A DNA stretch of 64,000 nt, taken from NCBI RefSeq assembly GCF_009914755.1, contig NC_060928.1. One strand, written 5' to 3'. Shown one piece after another: positions 38,501-54,351 of the stretch. Below the pieces are notes generated by a model that ran no database searches, was not told where the DNA came from, and worked only from the letters and a program-made list of their open reading frames with translations. Every line of letters starts with the position of its first letter. Positions within the stretch are counted from its first letter, which is position 1. Made by a program: the position numbers and the translations under genes. This DNA comes from the human T2T-CHM13v2.0 reference genome, Homo sapiens.

Positions 38501-40457
38501 ATGTGTCATGCAGATAAGAATAAGTAAGGAGATAACTAAATGATTTGGTCAATGTCTGCGTGAAGAAACAAACAAACAAAAAACAGCTATTTGGGAGCCC
38601 TGTTTAAGAAGGGGGATATTTACAGACTATTGTGATTCTGGGGCTGAGAAAGACACTATTCTTGTGTTTATACCCCTAGAGCCTTTGATTGAACTCGAAA
38701 GCTCCTGTCTGCTTTTTGTTTTCATTCAGAGTAGTAAATACCTTTGTTTCCCTTTACAAATAAGAAAATAGGGAGAGGGGCAAAAGAAATAGAAATGTTC
38801 TATCTATCTAAGTTTTTAGGATGTCAAGAATTTTCCTGACATTAGGAGAAACTTCCACCCTGTATGGCAAACACCTGTCAATGATGGCACTAGCAAGGAG
38901 GATCAGAGTGAATAAAATTCTAAGATTTGCAATGCTGGTTGTTAGAGTTACTTTCTGCAGCAGAACTACAGGGAATTAGAGAGAAGCTGAAGTTGCTTAA
39001 AAAAATGAGCTTCTTTGTCAGGTGGTTGCTAAGGCCTTGTCTCATTAAAGAAGAGGAAATAAGTGCCTTATGGGAGTTCCTATTTTCTTGTTGTTGACAA
39101 GAAGGAAACATACAGCGTTTCAATGACAGATAAAAAGCTTTGCCTATTTAGGTGATTTTGACTAATTGTCCTTGAGAATAAAAGTGAGAACAGAAAGACC
39201 AATTTCTTAGGAAGAAATAAATGCATCTGTGTTTAAGAATTAGTTTTTCAGTGTAACTGGTTGGTTTTGGCCACTGAGCTCACGAGATATAAACATGAGA
39301 TGGTTTATTTTCTCCAAAATGGTTAAGAACAGTGTTCTACCAAAACCTTTTCCTCTGGGTGGCAGGCTCCCCAATGGCATCTTAGTCTAACTACCATTTT
39401 CAGTTACATTTAACTATTAAAACAGTCTTATCCTAGCTTTGAAATATAATCCTGTTTATTTAAAATTGTTATTTTATATTTAATTTAAAATGCTTTCTGG
39501 CTTGACCACAGGTGGACTTATGGTTCTAGTATCTTGGAGTGGAGGGGCCCTCTTATCCCTTGTATATGCAATCTTTAGTTCGGGGGCAGGGAAGAGACAG
39601 AAGAAGATAATTTCTTATAAGACTGTGTATGTTCAGTTGACTGTCGGTGATGATAAGGTTTCTATCCCATTTTTCTCTGCTAACGATTTGTTAGTTCTTC
39701 CATTAGTTCTGGTTCGGGGGTTTCACCCCTAATAATTCTCTCTATGCTAAATCCTTTCATTTGGCTCCACTTTATTCCAGTCAGTTCATCACACAGCCTC
39801 TTGCTGCAGGACTCCCAGTGCCCAGCAGGTGACCCATATGTAGGGTGACTGTACCTGAAGTTGACTTTCCCAAGGAGACTACTGGGTCCATGGTGTCATC
39901 CATGCCAAATGGTGGTAGTGTTGACATTCCCCTGGAATCCTCATTTCTCACTTCCTCTCTTTCCTCGTCCTTTGACCATGTCCCAGTAGCACTGCTGGCC
40001 TAAATTATACCTTTAGGTATCGGGAAAGTCCTTGAGGGACATACCACTGTGCTAGGTCTCACACCTTGACTTTGGAGTGAGGGTTTTATTTCAGTCCTTT
40101 TTTGCAACCTCAGCTAGATGCTCCTGTTCATGACAGTCAGTCCTGAGTTTTGGTGCTCAGCCTGCTAGCCCAGTGGCTCAGCACTCTCAGATTCAAGATG
40201 ATTTCTCTCACAGACAAGGTACATTGGATGATGACTGGGTGTCAACAATCTTACAGTAAGTGATGTTGAATTTCTTGTGCCTGATGAGAGGAAAAGGCTG
40301 AAAGGAAGAATGGTGCTTCAAAAACTCTGTGTTATGCCTAAAGGCAATCTCCTCAGATCCTCATATACTGTAGGTGGTAAATGTCTCCAAGCCAGTCGGC
40401 TTCCTTGGCTACCGAGAGCAGGGGAGTCATGTAAATTCTTTGAAGTTGTTTCCAGTT

Positions 40458-40672
40458 CAGTGGTTCTGAACTGGGGGCAGTTTTGTCCCCCAGGGGACAT
40501 TTGGCAATGTGTGGAGACATTTATGGTTGTCACAGCTGAGGGAGGTGCTACTGCCATCTAGTGGGTACAGGACAGAGATGCTGCTAAACATCCTACAGTA
40601 CATAGGACAGCCCCCACAAAGCAAAGAATTATGCAGCCCAAAATGTCAACAGTGCTGAGTTGAGAAATTCTG
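40458..40672 (+). mobile_element. MER20 (hAT-Charlie MITE)
   Basis: CAGTGGTTCT..GGGGACATTTGGCAATG..GATGCTGCTAAACATCCTACA..CCCAAAATGTCAACAGTGCTGAG..TGAGAAA.TCTG. Confidence 0.9.
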
Positions 40673-41699
40673 CCCCAGGGTACTAACCACATTGGTCCTC
40701 ACATTGCTAGGAGTCACAAAATGACCTTATCCCAATCTCTCACATCAAGGGACCAAGAGAGTTAATATGGTTCTAGACGAATCTTTGCCTCAATTTCTCC
40801 TACCACATGTAGTGAAAGTAACTGTTGTGCTGACTTCATAGTATGGTGGTGAGAATAAAATATGATAATATATATGAATATGCTTTGAAAAAATTTCAAA
40901 AAGCCACGAAACTCATCATTTCTGCCATGTCGAGAGCTTTCTAGTAGACTAGAAAAGCATTCTGCCTGACTATGGCTGAATTACTTTCTGCTTTATCCCC
41001 TTGCTAAACTGTAACATCAAACAATCCATCAAACAATCCAAATATGTCACTTGTCTAAACACACCATAAGTTACCTAAATGCAAGGATTTCCTTGAAGTG
41101 ATTGTCTTTGGTATTTATTTTTTCAAACACTCTATTACTTCCCTTGTCATCACTTTTTTGGTCTCTGTTAACATATTATATACAACCCTGAAAAAAAGTT
41201 AATCTAAACTCGAGCTAGTTTATGAACTAGTAGCACCATTCAAAATGCCATCATTTAAGTATGATCCAGAGTCTGAATGGGATCTACATAATTTTGAACT
41301 TGATATAAATAAAATATACAAATTGACCTTGAGCATGCACAATAGTCATTGAATCCAAACACACGTTAAAGAGAATTAAACATTATAGAAAAATCTATGT
41401 GTATATATAAATGTTTTCATAGTTTTCTCCACCAAAGCAGTGCAGAATGTAATGTGAATGGGTCTCAGTGTAAACTTATTGTCACTAGTGGGCCACTTAC
41501 CAAAACTTTGTGTTACCTTTCTATAGTGATTTTTTAGAAATCCAATTGCAAAATTTTATCTTAAGAATTAAAAAGGATCAACTAGAAAATACTAGTAGAA
41601 CTATGCATCAAAAATAATGTATTTCAGATAGAGAAAAGTATAATGGATGAAAGGCTTTTATTTTGCTTCTTTTGAAGCACTGTTTAAAAGGGGCATACC

Positions 41700-42136
41700 A
41701 GAACTCTTCACAATAACAAAGACATGGAATCAACCTAGGTGCCCAACAACAGTGGATTGGAAAAAGAAAATGTGGTACATATACACCATGGAATACTACA
41801 CAGCCATAAAAAGAATAAAATCATGTCCCTTGCAGCAACATGGCTGTAGCTGGAAGCCATTATTCTAAATGAACTAATGCAGAAGCAGAAAACTAAATGA
41901 GGAGCTAAACATTGCGTACTTATGGACATAAAGATGGCAACAATAGACACTGGGGACTAATAGAGTGGGGAGGGAGGGTTGAAGGAGTAACTATTGAGTA
42001 CTATGCTTGGTACCTGGGTGATGGGATCAATTGTACTCTCAACCTCAGTATCACACAATATACCATATTAACAAGCCTGTACATGTGCCCCCTGAACCTA
42101 AAATGAAAGTTGAAATTCAAAAAATAAAATAAAAAA
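41700..42136 (+). mobile_element. L1 3' end (old L1PA/L1PB-like)
   Basis: LFTITKTWNQPRCPTTVDWKKKMWYIYTMEYYTAIK (ORF2 C-terminus), 3'UTR and A tail. Confidence 0.9.
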
Positions 42137-42360
42137 GGAAAAGTGATATACCTGTCTGGATTGTGTTAGGGTATCATATACAGCTATATTTTGGCTGAGA
42201 CATGCTAGTTCTGGAGAAAGATGTAACATGAATGAAGGAAGATTCCCCACCTCCCACTTGAGGACTTCATTATCACACAGAACATGATCACACAGAAATT
42301 ACACATCTGGAATTCTCTGTGTTTCTCTGGAATTCTAGAAGGGATTCTTAAGCATACACC

Positions 42361-42361
<1 letters not shown>

Positions 42362-42401
<40 letters not shown>
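42362..42401. repeat. (TC)n microsatellite
   Basis: Direct reading. Confidence 0.95.
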
Positions 42402-42405
<4 letters not shown>

Positions 42406-44292
42406 AAGGGTGCATATTAGCATCATTATGCTTAAATACATCATTTCCTTTATTCTTAGTGCTCTGTTATTTCATCTTTCTTGTGCTAAGCTCTCTACAT
42501 TGTGCTTTACCATTCACACACATTTGCTGAGTCTTGTTGCATAGAAACAAGGAGTACAAATGCCTGATACCACTATTCTTGACTTTTCTAGGGAAAGAAG
42601 AGCCAGCATTGCATGGCATGCCTGGGGTACAGATGAGTGTAAGGAATGAAAATTTAATAAGGGTAAATATCCTGTGACTTATTCACCCACATTTATGTAT
42701 CTGCTCTTCCGACAGCTCTTTTAATAAAAGAAATAACTTTTTTACACTCCTTCAAAATACTGCAGTTTGAATGGAGTGGGGTGCGATGGGGAAAAGGAGG
42801 CAATACACTGACTTGTAAATTTGCAAATTGTGACTTGAGCTTTTCTTCCTCCAGTGCACAGAATGCATGTTTCATGAATCAAAGTGAAGATATCCTTAAT
42901 GGGCCCATAATCAATCAAGCATTTTTGATCGCTAGGTTTGCTTTATGGCAGTAGTGTAGTGGTGAAATAGTGTAGCAGAGCGTTCCTAAACAGTCACCAG
43001 AATTTAAACTGCTATTGAATCCAGATTGACAGATAGCATTACTGATGAAATTTAAGGGCTCCTGCTCACCACAGCAGCTGACACAGCTTTGGCATGTGAC
43101 TGCATTGTTGTGGATGATGCCCTGCTCACTTCTGGCGGTCGCTGGGTGTTAAATAATACCAGTACTGTCAAGTGCTTCTCATTTTTTACCCAGGGACATT
43201 TATAATTCTCTGCTTCATGTACTTTCTAATTCTTCATGCTCAGTGGTGGGAATGAAAATTAATTACTCTGGGAATATGAATGTTACTTTGACAAATCATT
43301 CCTTTTCTGCTAAATAATGTTTTCATCAGTGAAACCAGGGCATCCCTGCCCTCTGTTCTATTGTCCTGTTCCCCTACTTCTCCTTCTTATGCCCTAAGAT
43401 CTTTTTTGAAATGCCAGAAATGAACAAGGTTCATTACCTTTTAATTGAAGTCTGGGATTTAGATGTGATTTACTTGAAACCCTTCCTAAATATGGCGTTT
43501 AAGTCTACTTGAAATCCCAGTTTTCTATCTCTGTAGCTCAGCCAAAGATGTTGCTTTGATTTCTGATCTGCACATTCCTGGGAGTATGAGGTCTCACTTG
43601 TCTGAAAAAGAGAGATGTACATTCATTTGAAGTTTCAGTTGACTTATAGTTCTTTTTTGACCTTTGCTGCTAATAGCTGGCAGAAAATAAAACCAGACAA
43701 GTCAATCACCGTCTAGATTTTATAAACTATTGGCTGCTTCTTGAAGGATTGTAATGCCTATTTTATTGGTCTGTTGTACCATAGGAAGGGATTTATAATG
43801 TCCAAAAAAGGAAACCATGGCTAGCTAGCATCATCTAGACCTGTTGGTAATAAAGTCATTACAATTAATTACTATCCATTAGCTAGAAATGAGCAGAAAT
43901 CACACCAAGGAGAGACTCAAAGCATTTCAATCATTAGAATTATTTTGGCATTATCATATTTAATGTTCTGTAAAGAGTTAATCAGTTTTTCTGATTTTTT
44001 TAATTAAGCTGAACTCTTCTTCTTAATGATTTTTTCAAATTTTAAAACTTCCAGAGGAAGACTCTGCAACTCACTGCTCCTGAAACACAAGATGAACCCC
44101 TTTATCTTTGACCCCGCCTTCATGTCCTGAAGACTGCTAGCTCTTCGCATACTACCATTCTCCCTAGTGCAATTCATGCCATAGGTATTGGTGACTTCCA
44201 CTCTGGCCTCTCCGTTTCTTGAATTTCTCTCCTCCAATACTCTTGTCCTACAGTCTTCCTTAGGCACTCATTCTATTGTCTGTACCCTAGAT

Positions 44293-44785
44293 CAGCAGTT
44301 CTCAAGAAGTAATCCAATGTATCCTAGGTCTCCAAGATACTTTCAGGGGGCTTATGGTGTAAAACCATTTTTATACTACTACCAAGATGTTACTTACCTT
44401 TTTTCTTTTTCTCATCTCACATGTGTACAGTGTTTTCCAGAGGTTACATGACATGTAATGCCACAACAGATTGACTACAGAAGCAGGTAGGATAATCCAG
44501 TTGCCTTCTATTCAGCCACACGTTAAAGAGATGTGCAAAAACATGAAAAAGTACCACTCCTCTCACTAATTTTTTTTTTGTTTGGGAAGACATTGTTATC
44601 TTTCTTAAAATTATTATGTTACTATTTAATGTATTTGTTATTTTAATAAATAAATATTTTAAACATTTTCAGTTTTAATTTCTAATGCAGTATCAACAGA
44701 TATAATCTACATTAAAAATATTTTTGGAATCAATAATTTTTAAGACTGTAAAAGGGTCCAGAAACCAAAAAGTTGATAACTGCTG
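44293..44785. mobile_element. hAT-Charlie non-autonomous element (Charlie4a-like)
   Basis: TIRs CAGCAGTTCTCAA / TTGATAACTGCTG, ~490 bp; ACAGATTGACTACAGAAGCAG..ATCCAG.TG.CTTCTATT internal motif. Confidence 0.75.
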
Positions 44786-45317
44786 CCATTTACCAAATTT
44801 CTCAAATTGTCTGGGAAGATGAAACCTTCTTTTTATATTGTTTTTGTTGCTTTGTAATTTTTAATTCATCATAGATTGATACTTTTGGAAAGTGAAATAA
44901 AAATAAGCTAGTAATAAAAATGTAGATCTAAAGAAATGCCAGCTCACTGATCAGATGGTTGGGTATCATGGCACTGTCAAATTGTTATAAAGTTTTGTAC
45001 TTGTTTAGTACCCATTTTTGCAGTTATCTCATCATGGACCCTTTTGAGCTTCACAGACTGGCTCTGTTTCATAATTGTACTTTGGGTAGCACTGCTCTAG
45101 ACCTTGTCATTGCCAGTGTTGGCCGCTGTCCCATCAAAGCAACATACCATGCTCTGACCAAAACCTCCTGTCTTTTCAGTTCACTCCCTCTGGTATCTCA
45201 ATTCCAAAAATCCTTCTGTTGTCACCAAGACCTTCAATCTGTTTCTCCAACATCTTTTGACTTTTCCTCAGTGCCCTCAGTTTCTTCTTTTTCTCTTAAA
45301 TTTCACAGTCACTTTTC

Positions 45318-45380
45318 AAATCTCAACTCTCAGATCTCAATTCTCAATTCTCAAATCTCAAATCTCAACTCTCAAATCTC
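45318..45380. repeat. 7-mer tandem repeat (TCTCAAA-like, ~9 units)
   Basis: AAATCTCAACTCTCAGATCTCAATTCTCAATTCTCAAATCTCAAATCTCAACTCTCAAATCTC. Confidence 0.85.
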
Positions 45381-45584
45381 TTGCCTATTTATCACTTTCT
45401 TATAACTCACAACCCTGTTTAAACCCAACTCTATACTCATACTACGTCTGCCTTCATGCAGATGAATGTGGTTGGGGAAAAAATATCCACAGTCATTCCA
45501 ACATGGCTTAGTCTATTCATGACAATAACTTCAAGTGGGCCCTTAGTTCCGCCTATAGTGGACAATGTTGTCTGGTGGTTGTAT

Positions 45585-45960
45585 TGTGATACCAAATAAC
45601 CCCCAAAGTCTCAGTAGCAAATGCAATAAAGATTTGTGTCTTATTCACTTTGTGCTCTATGGGTCAGCTTCAACTCTTTACTCTGGGACTTGGACTAATG
45701 GAGCAGCTTCTTCTGGGGGTTGTTGCTATTCTTATGGAAAGGAAATGAAAAGACAGCAGAACCAGAGATATTTCTTAAGCCTTGCCTTCCAGTGTAGTAT
45801 ATTCCTCTTCCACTTCTATTTCATTGACTAAAGAAGTCACTTTTTCAAGTCTAACACCAATAGAATGGGAAACTTAATCTTTTTACAGCAACAAGCATGG
45901 TAAAGAGAAACCTCTAGGATGGGGCAGTAAATATTTTCATGTTAGCACAACCTACCACCC
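45585..45960 (-). mobile_element. Old MLT1 (MaLR) LTR
   Basis: AAATAACCCCCAAAGTCTCAGT.., TTCATTGACTAAAGAAGTCAC.., CTACCAC terminus. Confidence 0.5.
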
Positions 45961-48064
45961 TGTCCAATACTACAATTTCTCACCCAATCGCTCTTCCATT
46001 CTTACAAGTGTGTAATGCTTTCTCCATTCCCCTAAACCTCATTCACCTCCTCTCTCATCCTTACCACTGTTGATGACCTTGCTTTAATTTCATGGAGAAC
46101 ATCAAAACAATGAAAAGAGAAAAGTCACATGCTCCCACCTACCCACTTACCTGCATTTGTGGCCACATATGCTACCTTCCCTTGGATTTGCTTTCCATAT
46201 TCCTGCTTAGGGCTTCATTTGTCTCCAAAGTTATATTGTGTCTCACCTCCTTGAAGTCATTGCCCCAGCACCTCTTTTCTCATTTCTACATTGTCAGTTT
46301 CTGTCCTGTACTAAATCATTCCCTTCAGTATGCCAATATGTTATGTTTCCAACCTTAAAAAAACAAAACCAACAAGCAAAAAACCTTTCCTGACGTCATT
46401 CCACCTCACACTTCTCTATTTATATTTCTCATTTTTGAAAAAGCTGTTGATGCATTCTATCACTAAGTTCTCTCTTCCCATTCTTTCCCAAAACCCCTCC
46501 CCTTATGAATGCTTCAGTGACCTCTATGTTGTTAAGGACAGTAGTCGATTCTCAGCCATCATATTCCTTGACCTCGTATTCCATATGACCATCATGGAAA
46601 TAATTTCTCTGCTTGCCATGCAGGACACTATTCAGGACCTGGTCTTTCTTCTACCTCTCTGACTATTTCTTCTCAATCTTTGTGTGGTTTCCTCCCCATT
46701 TCTCTAACTCCTTCATGTTGGAATACTTGAAGAAAGAGTAACGGGCTTCCTTTTCTCTGTCTGTATTCTCTTCCTTGGTAAGCTCAGCCAGTCTTGACTT
46801 CAAGCAAATCCTACTTTTTGCTGTCTCTCAAGTTTATAACTTAAGCTTAGGCCCCTCTTGTGAACTCCATACGTATAGATCCAATGCCTTTACACCATCA
46901 GTTGGATTTCTGTTTGGCATTTCTGATCCAATATGTTCTAAAATCATCTCAAACCTCTCTAAAACCTTCTCCTCTTATAGTCTTCCCCATCTCAGTAAGT
47001 TAGAATTCTATTTGTCCATGTTTCCAAATGAAAAACCTTATGACTAGTGTTGATTATCTTCTTTCTTCCCCTCTGAATATCTGATCATCAGCAAATTTAG
47101 ATAGCTATACCTTCAACACAAATAACATAGTTGACTGCTTCCCACGACATCCACTCTTACCACCAAAGTCCAAGTCACCATCCTCTCTCTTATGGATCAT
47201 TGCAGTAGTCTCCTATTTAGTCTTCCTGTGTCTGAACCTGCCCCCTTCCATCTATTTTCAGTAAAGTAACAAAAATGTCTTCCCGTTTTCATAGTGAAAG
47301 TAAAGTCATTGCAATGACTATAAGTGGAAGGACAATATACTTATTTTCCATATTTGAACACTTTTGGGGGTAAAAGGAGAACTGATAACAATTATCCTGA
47401 AACAATAGGCATAAAGCAGAATTTTCCTGGGAAAAGCAGGAATGTATAGTAACCCATCAATAGGTTTCTACAGTAACTGCCCCTCATTTTTTTCTCTACC
47501 TTATTTTCTTCTATATTTCCATTTTTTACTTGAGTATCTTATTTATTGTCTCTCATACTAGAAGATTCATGAAGATAACTTTTTTCTGTCTTTACATGTA
47601 GTGCCTAGAATGTGCTCAATAAATATTTGAATAAGTGATTTAGAGACATACTTCTAATAATTCAATTCAACAAATATTTACCGAGTATTTTTCAAGGCAC
47701 ATGTTTCATTAAGACCAAAAATAAGACATGTCTGTAAGTTCCTCAAGGAATATGTAGACTAGTCAGGGGATATTTTGCCATTTTTCAATACAAAACTATT
47801 ACCAAGACATTTAAAAATTAAAAGTGTAGGTCTATCCATTCGAAAGAACTTATTGCACAACAGGCATTGGAATGGTTATAAGATACAGGGGGTAACAATG
47901 CACACACGGTCTCAGCCCTGTGGAGTTTTAGACACTCATGGGAGAAGTAGACACATAAACACATCAATACTGTGCAGCATGCAACACCTCTGGAGTGGTC
48001 AAATGTTATAAGGCTGGGGTACTCAATGTGCCTCACTTGGAGTGGGAGATATCTCTGTATAGGT

Positions 48065-48310
48065 AGTTAGAGAATATTTACTGGGTCTTCACTGCACCAG
48101 CCTCTGGTCTGTGTGTTTTATCTATATTAGGTAATGAAATCCTTATATAATATCTATAAGGTAGGTACTATTATTATGTCCATTTTATAGAACTAAGGCA
48201 CAGAAGCATTAAAAAGTGGGCCAATTTATACAATTAGTAATGCATAGAGCTTGAATCTGAGCCATGGCAGGGCTGGCCTCAGATCCTTTGCATATGACTA
48301 TTAAGCTGTA
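48065..48310 (-). mobile_element. MIR SINE
   Basis: AGGTAGGTACTATTATTATGTCCATTTTATAGA..CTAAGGCACAGA. Confidence 0.75.
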
Positions 48311-49524
48311 TTGGTTCATGGGGAGGTTTGTCTGACACAATCCTAGTTTACATATGTCGTCCAAAAATATCTATTAATGTGACCCACTTTTACTCTGTCA
48401 AATGTCTCAGTTTGCATAAAAACTCATATGGCTCCCCTCCTTATAGGCCATGCAGAAGTAGATGGTTGAGGATGTGTAGAAGGAAACACTGGAGAGGCAC
48501 AAGCACAGGCACAGTCCGCACAACTTCTGACCACCATTCATGTTGTCTTCTAGAGAGGGTCCTTGTAGAGCAAATTCGCCTTCCCACCTGTAACTTGCCT
48601 TGTTTAGAATTAAACCATTTTTATTTTTATTAAATATTGAAAATCAAAACTGAATATACAATCTGTGTACACAAGATTTGTGTTTTGTGCATGTCTGTGT
48701 GTTTGTGTGTGCGTACGTGCACATGTGCCTTTGGAGGAGCTCAAAGTGAATAAGGAGCCAAGTAAGTATGAGAGATGAACATCATCCTCATGATGTAGAT
48801 GCTGCTGTAGCAACAAGAGATGCCATCAGTTAGCTGTCCATAAGATAGATCTGCGATTTCTAAATCTGGAGATTGCATACCCTGTCTGAAAAATGTTGAG
48901 CATGAGCCACCAATATTTTCGAGTAATAAACATGCATTTGAAAACATACACACAATTAGAAATGAAAGTGGATGTATTGAAAGTTAAATGTAATTATTAT
49001 AAACTACTTTTTATTTGTAGTTTATTAATGGAATGATTATAGAGAACCCTTTCCTCTCACTAGTGTAATAATTTAATGTAAGCAATGTGATGGAATAGCT
49101 CATTATTTTCAAACTCTTGGATTACAGTTTTTCATGTAGAGATTTGAGGATCACGTTCACTGTATTTGGATACTCGTTTGTACTTTCTGTCATAGGTTAA
49201 AGAGATACTTCAAAAAGATAACTGCATGCAAATGGAAGGGATGCAGTGTTAGTTGTACTTACCAAATTGTGACTTTCATTTTCATTTCAGGTGCTAATCA
49301 TGTAAATGTTTTAATTAAAGTTTGGCTAGTAAGTTCTCTGATATTTATTATTAAATTTTCTTTTTAAACGGTCATAAAAAGAAACTCTATTATTAAATTT
49401 TCAAATGACTTAGAAGATATTGCATTTTTACGTGTTTAATATATGAGTTCAAAACCTACTGCAACCCTTTGTATGAAAGATTTATAAACAAGTCGGAAAA
49501 TTCTTTTTACAAGTTTATTTTTTA

Positions 49525-49840
49525 AGTAAGTTTTTAATATTGGAATGGTTTTGGATTTACAGAAATGTTGTACAGATACTACAGAGAGTTCCCAATTAGC
49601 CCATATCATTTCTCCTATTGATCACATCTTACACTAATATGGACATTTCCCACCCAGCTAATGAACTGATATGTATTAACTATAGTCCATACTTCTTTCA
49701 GATTCTCCTAATTTTTTACCAACTGTCTCATTTTACGCTATCCTGTTCCCGAATAGGACATTAAATTTAATCCTCACATCTTTGTTGGCTCTATAGACTG
49801 TGACAGTTTCTCACACTTTCCTAAATTTTGATGCCTTTCA
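49525..49840 (-). mobile_element. Old L1MB/MC 3'UTR fragment
   Basis: TTTTGGATTTACAGAAATGTTG..ATACTACAGAGAGTTCCCA..CTGTGACAGTTTCTCA. Confidence 0.6.
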
Positions 49841-49939
49841 GGTGTCTTATAGACTCTTCTCAAGTTCTTAAAGTGTACAGGTATAAGAGCTTTTATAGAT
49901 GACAAAAACTAGATTGTATTGCTTTTTGTAACACATATA

Positions 49940-51810
<1,871 letters not shown>

Positions 51811-53299
51811 AGAAAGATTTCAAAGCAGTCATTTTTAACAATTATCTTCTTAACTCTTTAAAAAGGTAGCTTGTCTATTGTTCATTATTAAAACTTCACC
51901 TTTACATCACATGGACATATTTTGCATGGTTATTACTTTTTAAAATTATTTGTTAAGTGGCATATTACCAAATGCCACATGTTCCAGGGAACAAGTCAGC
52001 AAATTTAAAACAGATGTCTTCCTATAAAAGAAAAATGCACCACTCACCTTTAGTTCAACAACTGTTTCAAAACTTTGACGCAGGATAACGGATGCATCCC
52101 TGGTTGTGCAATAGATTTCTCTTGCTCACTTCCCACACCATTACTGAGCTATTGTAAGGGCTCGATTATATTTTTAAAATCTTCTTAAAATTGAATTACA
52201 TCAAAGACTTCCAGCGGTACTTTGTTACTCCTAGCTTTGATTTTGCTGCAATAGCTTGCCTGTGAACAATGAAGTGAATGGAGTGAAAGCATGTCCGTAA
52301 TTTTTTCTCAAAATATTTTCTGTATTCCTGTGAAAATAGTTGCTCCATTAATGTAGTAATGTAAATTTTGTGGGGAAAAGACATTAACAAATTACAGAAT
52401 GTCAACGACATATCTTGTATAATACATCTTTATTTCTGTGGTGCACAAAAAATAGTTTTGAAGTATTATATTTTTGAAATGGAATCTAGCAAGTACTATA
52501 TGGTAAGTCATATTAGAAATATCTACACTTTCATACAACTTTATAGAAAATATCTGACAATGTGTAGATTATTGTCCCAAGTTCTGGTTTCTTCAAATTT
52601 TTAGCTCTCTGTTTACTGTTTACTCACAGGGGAGGCATATTCTGTCTCTATATTGTACATGTTTCAGCTAATTTTTACCAAGGAGGAAAAAATAAAGGTT
52701 TCCTAGATAGTATGTGGCTTTTATAATTTTTCTCACAGTGAGGAACCTTCAAAAGGCAATTTTATGTCTGCCATGAAATTGAGCTAATTTTGTAAAATTA
52801 AAGTGACTTTTAAACATGGCTAAAAAATTTATGGAGCAGTACCTTCATGCTCTGAGTGCTTGGTTTTAACATGTCTTACTAATTGTGATGACTTCATACT
52901 ATCATTAAAAAAATCTCAAGGCACACTATATAAGATTTATTATTAATGGTAGTAAATGTAAGTCCATATTTCAAATGAACTTCTTGATCATTTTAAACAT
53001 TTTAGTCTACTTCTCATTAGGTATGATTATGTTATTATGGCAGTTTTCAATGGCTGACAAAGAGCTTATACAGAGGATGGGATAAAAGTCAGCCTTTCAA
53101 TTTCCCTATTCTCTTGGGCTTGTGCGATTGCTGTGTTCAATATGTGGGGTGTTTTGCCTAAAATTTTTTGATCCACTTGTGTATTTTGTGAAGATTAATT
53201 TGGTTAAAACTAAATAATATGATCTATAAATCCACCTAACTATATACATGCATACTGAAGCATGTTTTAGTATTCTGAAAACAAGGTAAGTTGTTTTCA

Positions 53300-53752
53300 G
53301 CAAGTTGAATAGCATTCTCCTTGCCCCCAAAGATACGTTCACCTAGAACTTCAGATTGTGACCTTATTTGGAAAAGCTGCTTTGTAGACATAATTAAGAT
53401 AAGGATCTTGAGATGAGATCATCATGGATTGGATGGGCCTTAAATCTAATGACAGATGTCTTATAAGAGACAGGAAAGAAGACAGAGACATAGGGAAGAT
53501 GGCCATGGGAAGACAGAAGCAGAGATTGGGGTGATGTGTCCACAAGCCAAGGAACACCAAGAATTGCCAGTAGCCACCAGAAGCTGAAAGAGACAAAGGA
53601 AGAGTCTTCCTTGGAGTCGTCAGGAGGAGTGTGGCCCTGCTGATATGTTGACTTCAGACTTCTAGCCTCCAGGACTGTGAAAGAATAAATTTCTGTGGTT
53701 GTAAGCCACTAAGTTTGGATAACTTTTAATGACAGCCCTGGGAAACTAACAC
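53300..53752 (+). mobile_element. MLT1C-like LTR
   Basis: GTGACCTTATTTGGAAA..GATCTTGAGATGAGATCATC..CCAGAAGCT..AGAATAAATTTCTGT..GGAAACTAACACA. Confidence 0.85.
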
Positions 53753-54351
53753 AGGCCCAATTCTCCCCTCTTTTGTCCTGTGACTCTTACTCTTCAACCT
53801 TCTCACTCTTCCCAGAGGGTACCTGAATACTGTAATACTGTACCAGACCGATGGCCACCTGATATGGGCTCTGAGCAAGGTAAGAATTCCAACCCATGTA
53901 GTAAATATCGGTATCTAAATATATATTAAGAGAAGTCTTCATATTGTCCTCACACCGTAAGTGAGTGATCTTGTACAACATCTGGTGTGCAATCACTCCA
54001 CTTTGAAAATCACTAGGGAGACACTGCTAAAATTTCAAGATGTATCTGTTTGAGCCTTTCCTCAAAAGTTCTATCAGATAACATCCTAAGGCCACACAGC
54101 AGCAAGTTGTTGTTCTTTAAAGAGCTGAGAAAAATAGGATGTGGGGAAAAACATGGGACCAAAACATGGTGTTTGCAGAATGTGGAGCAGGGGACATGGA
54201 CCCTTAAGTTAAAATCATGGCCCAGGATATGGCCTAGCCTGTGTATACAAATCACTAACATAGCTCTTCAGCAGTACACAATCTAATCTTAATAAATTTG
54301 AAAAAAATGTTTCTACCTCTTTTCAGATAGAATTATGTCATTACTGCATTT

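Larger units (their letters stand above)
45020..47635 (+). mobile_element. Fragmented L2 LINE (interrupted by an MLT1 and a small MITE-like piece ~47325-47455)
   Basis: Pyrimidine-rich L2-like tracts (CAGTGACCTC, GTCCAAGTCACCATCCTCTCT..ATTGCAGTAGTCTCCTA) ending in the L2 3' end TAGTGCCTAGAA..CTCAATAAATATTTGAATAA. Confidence 0.6.

Noticed and set aside
40926-41232. Small CTAG-containing hairpins (GCTTTCTAGTAGACTAGAAAAGC; CTAGTTTATGAACTAG)
   Set aside because: Stems are too short for a pre-miRNA or MITE and are expected by chance.
45257-45511. ORFs with repeated SNLNSQI/QISTL motifs
   Set aside because: Translation of a 7-bp tandem repeat within L2.
52048-52100. Short host coding exon (DASVILRQSFETVVELK) ending at a strong donor
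   Set aside because: Better explained as frameshifted hAT transposase sequence; the nearby acceptor is weak and no partner exons are evident.
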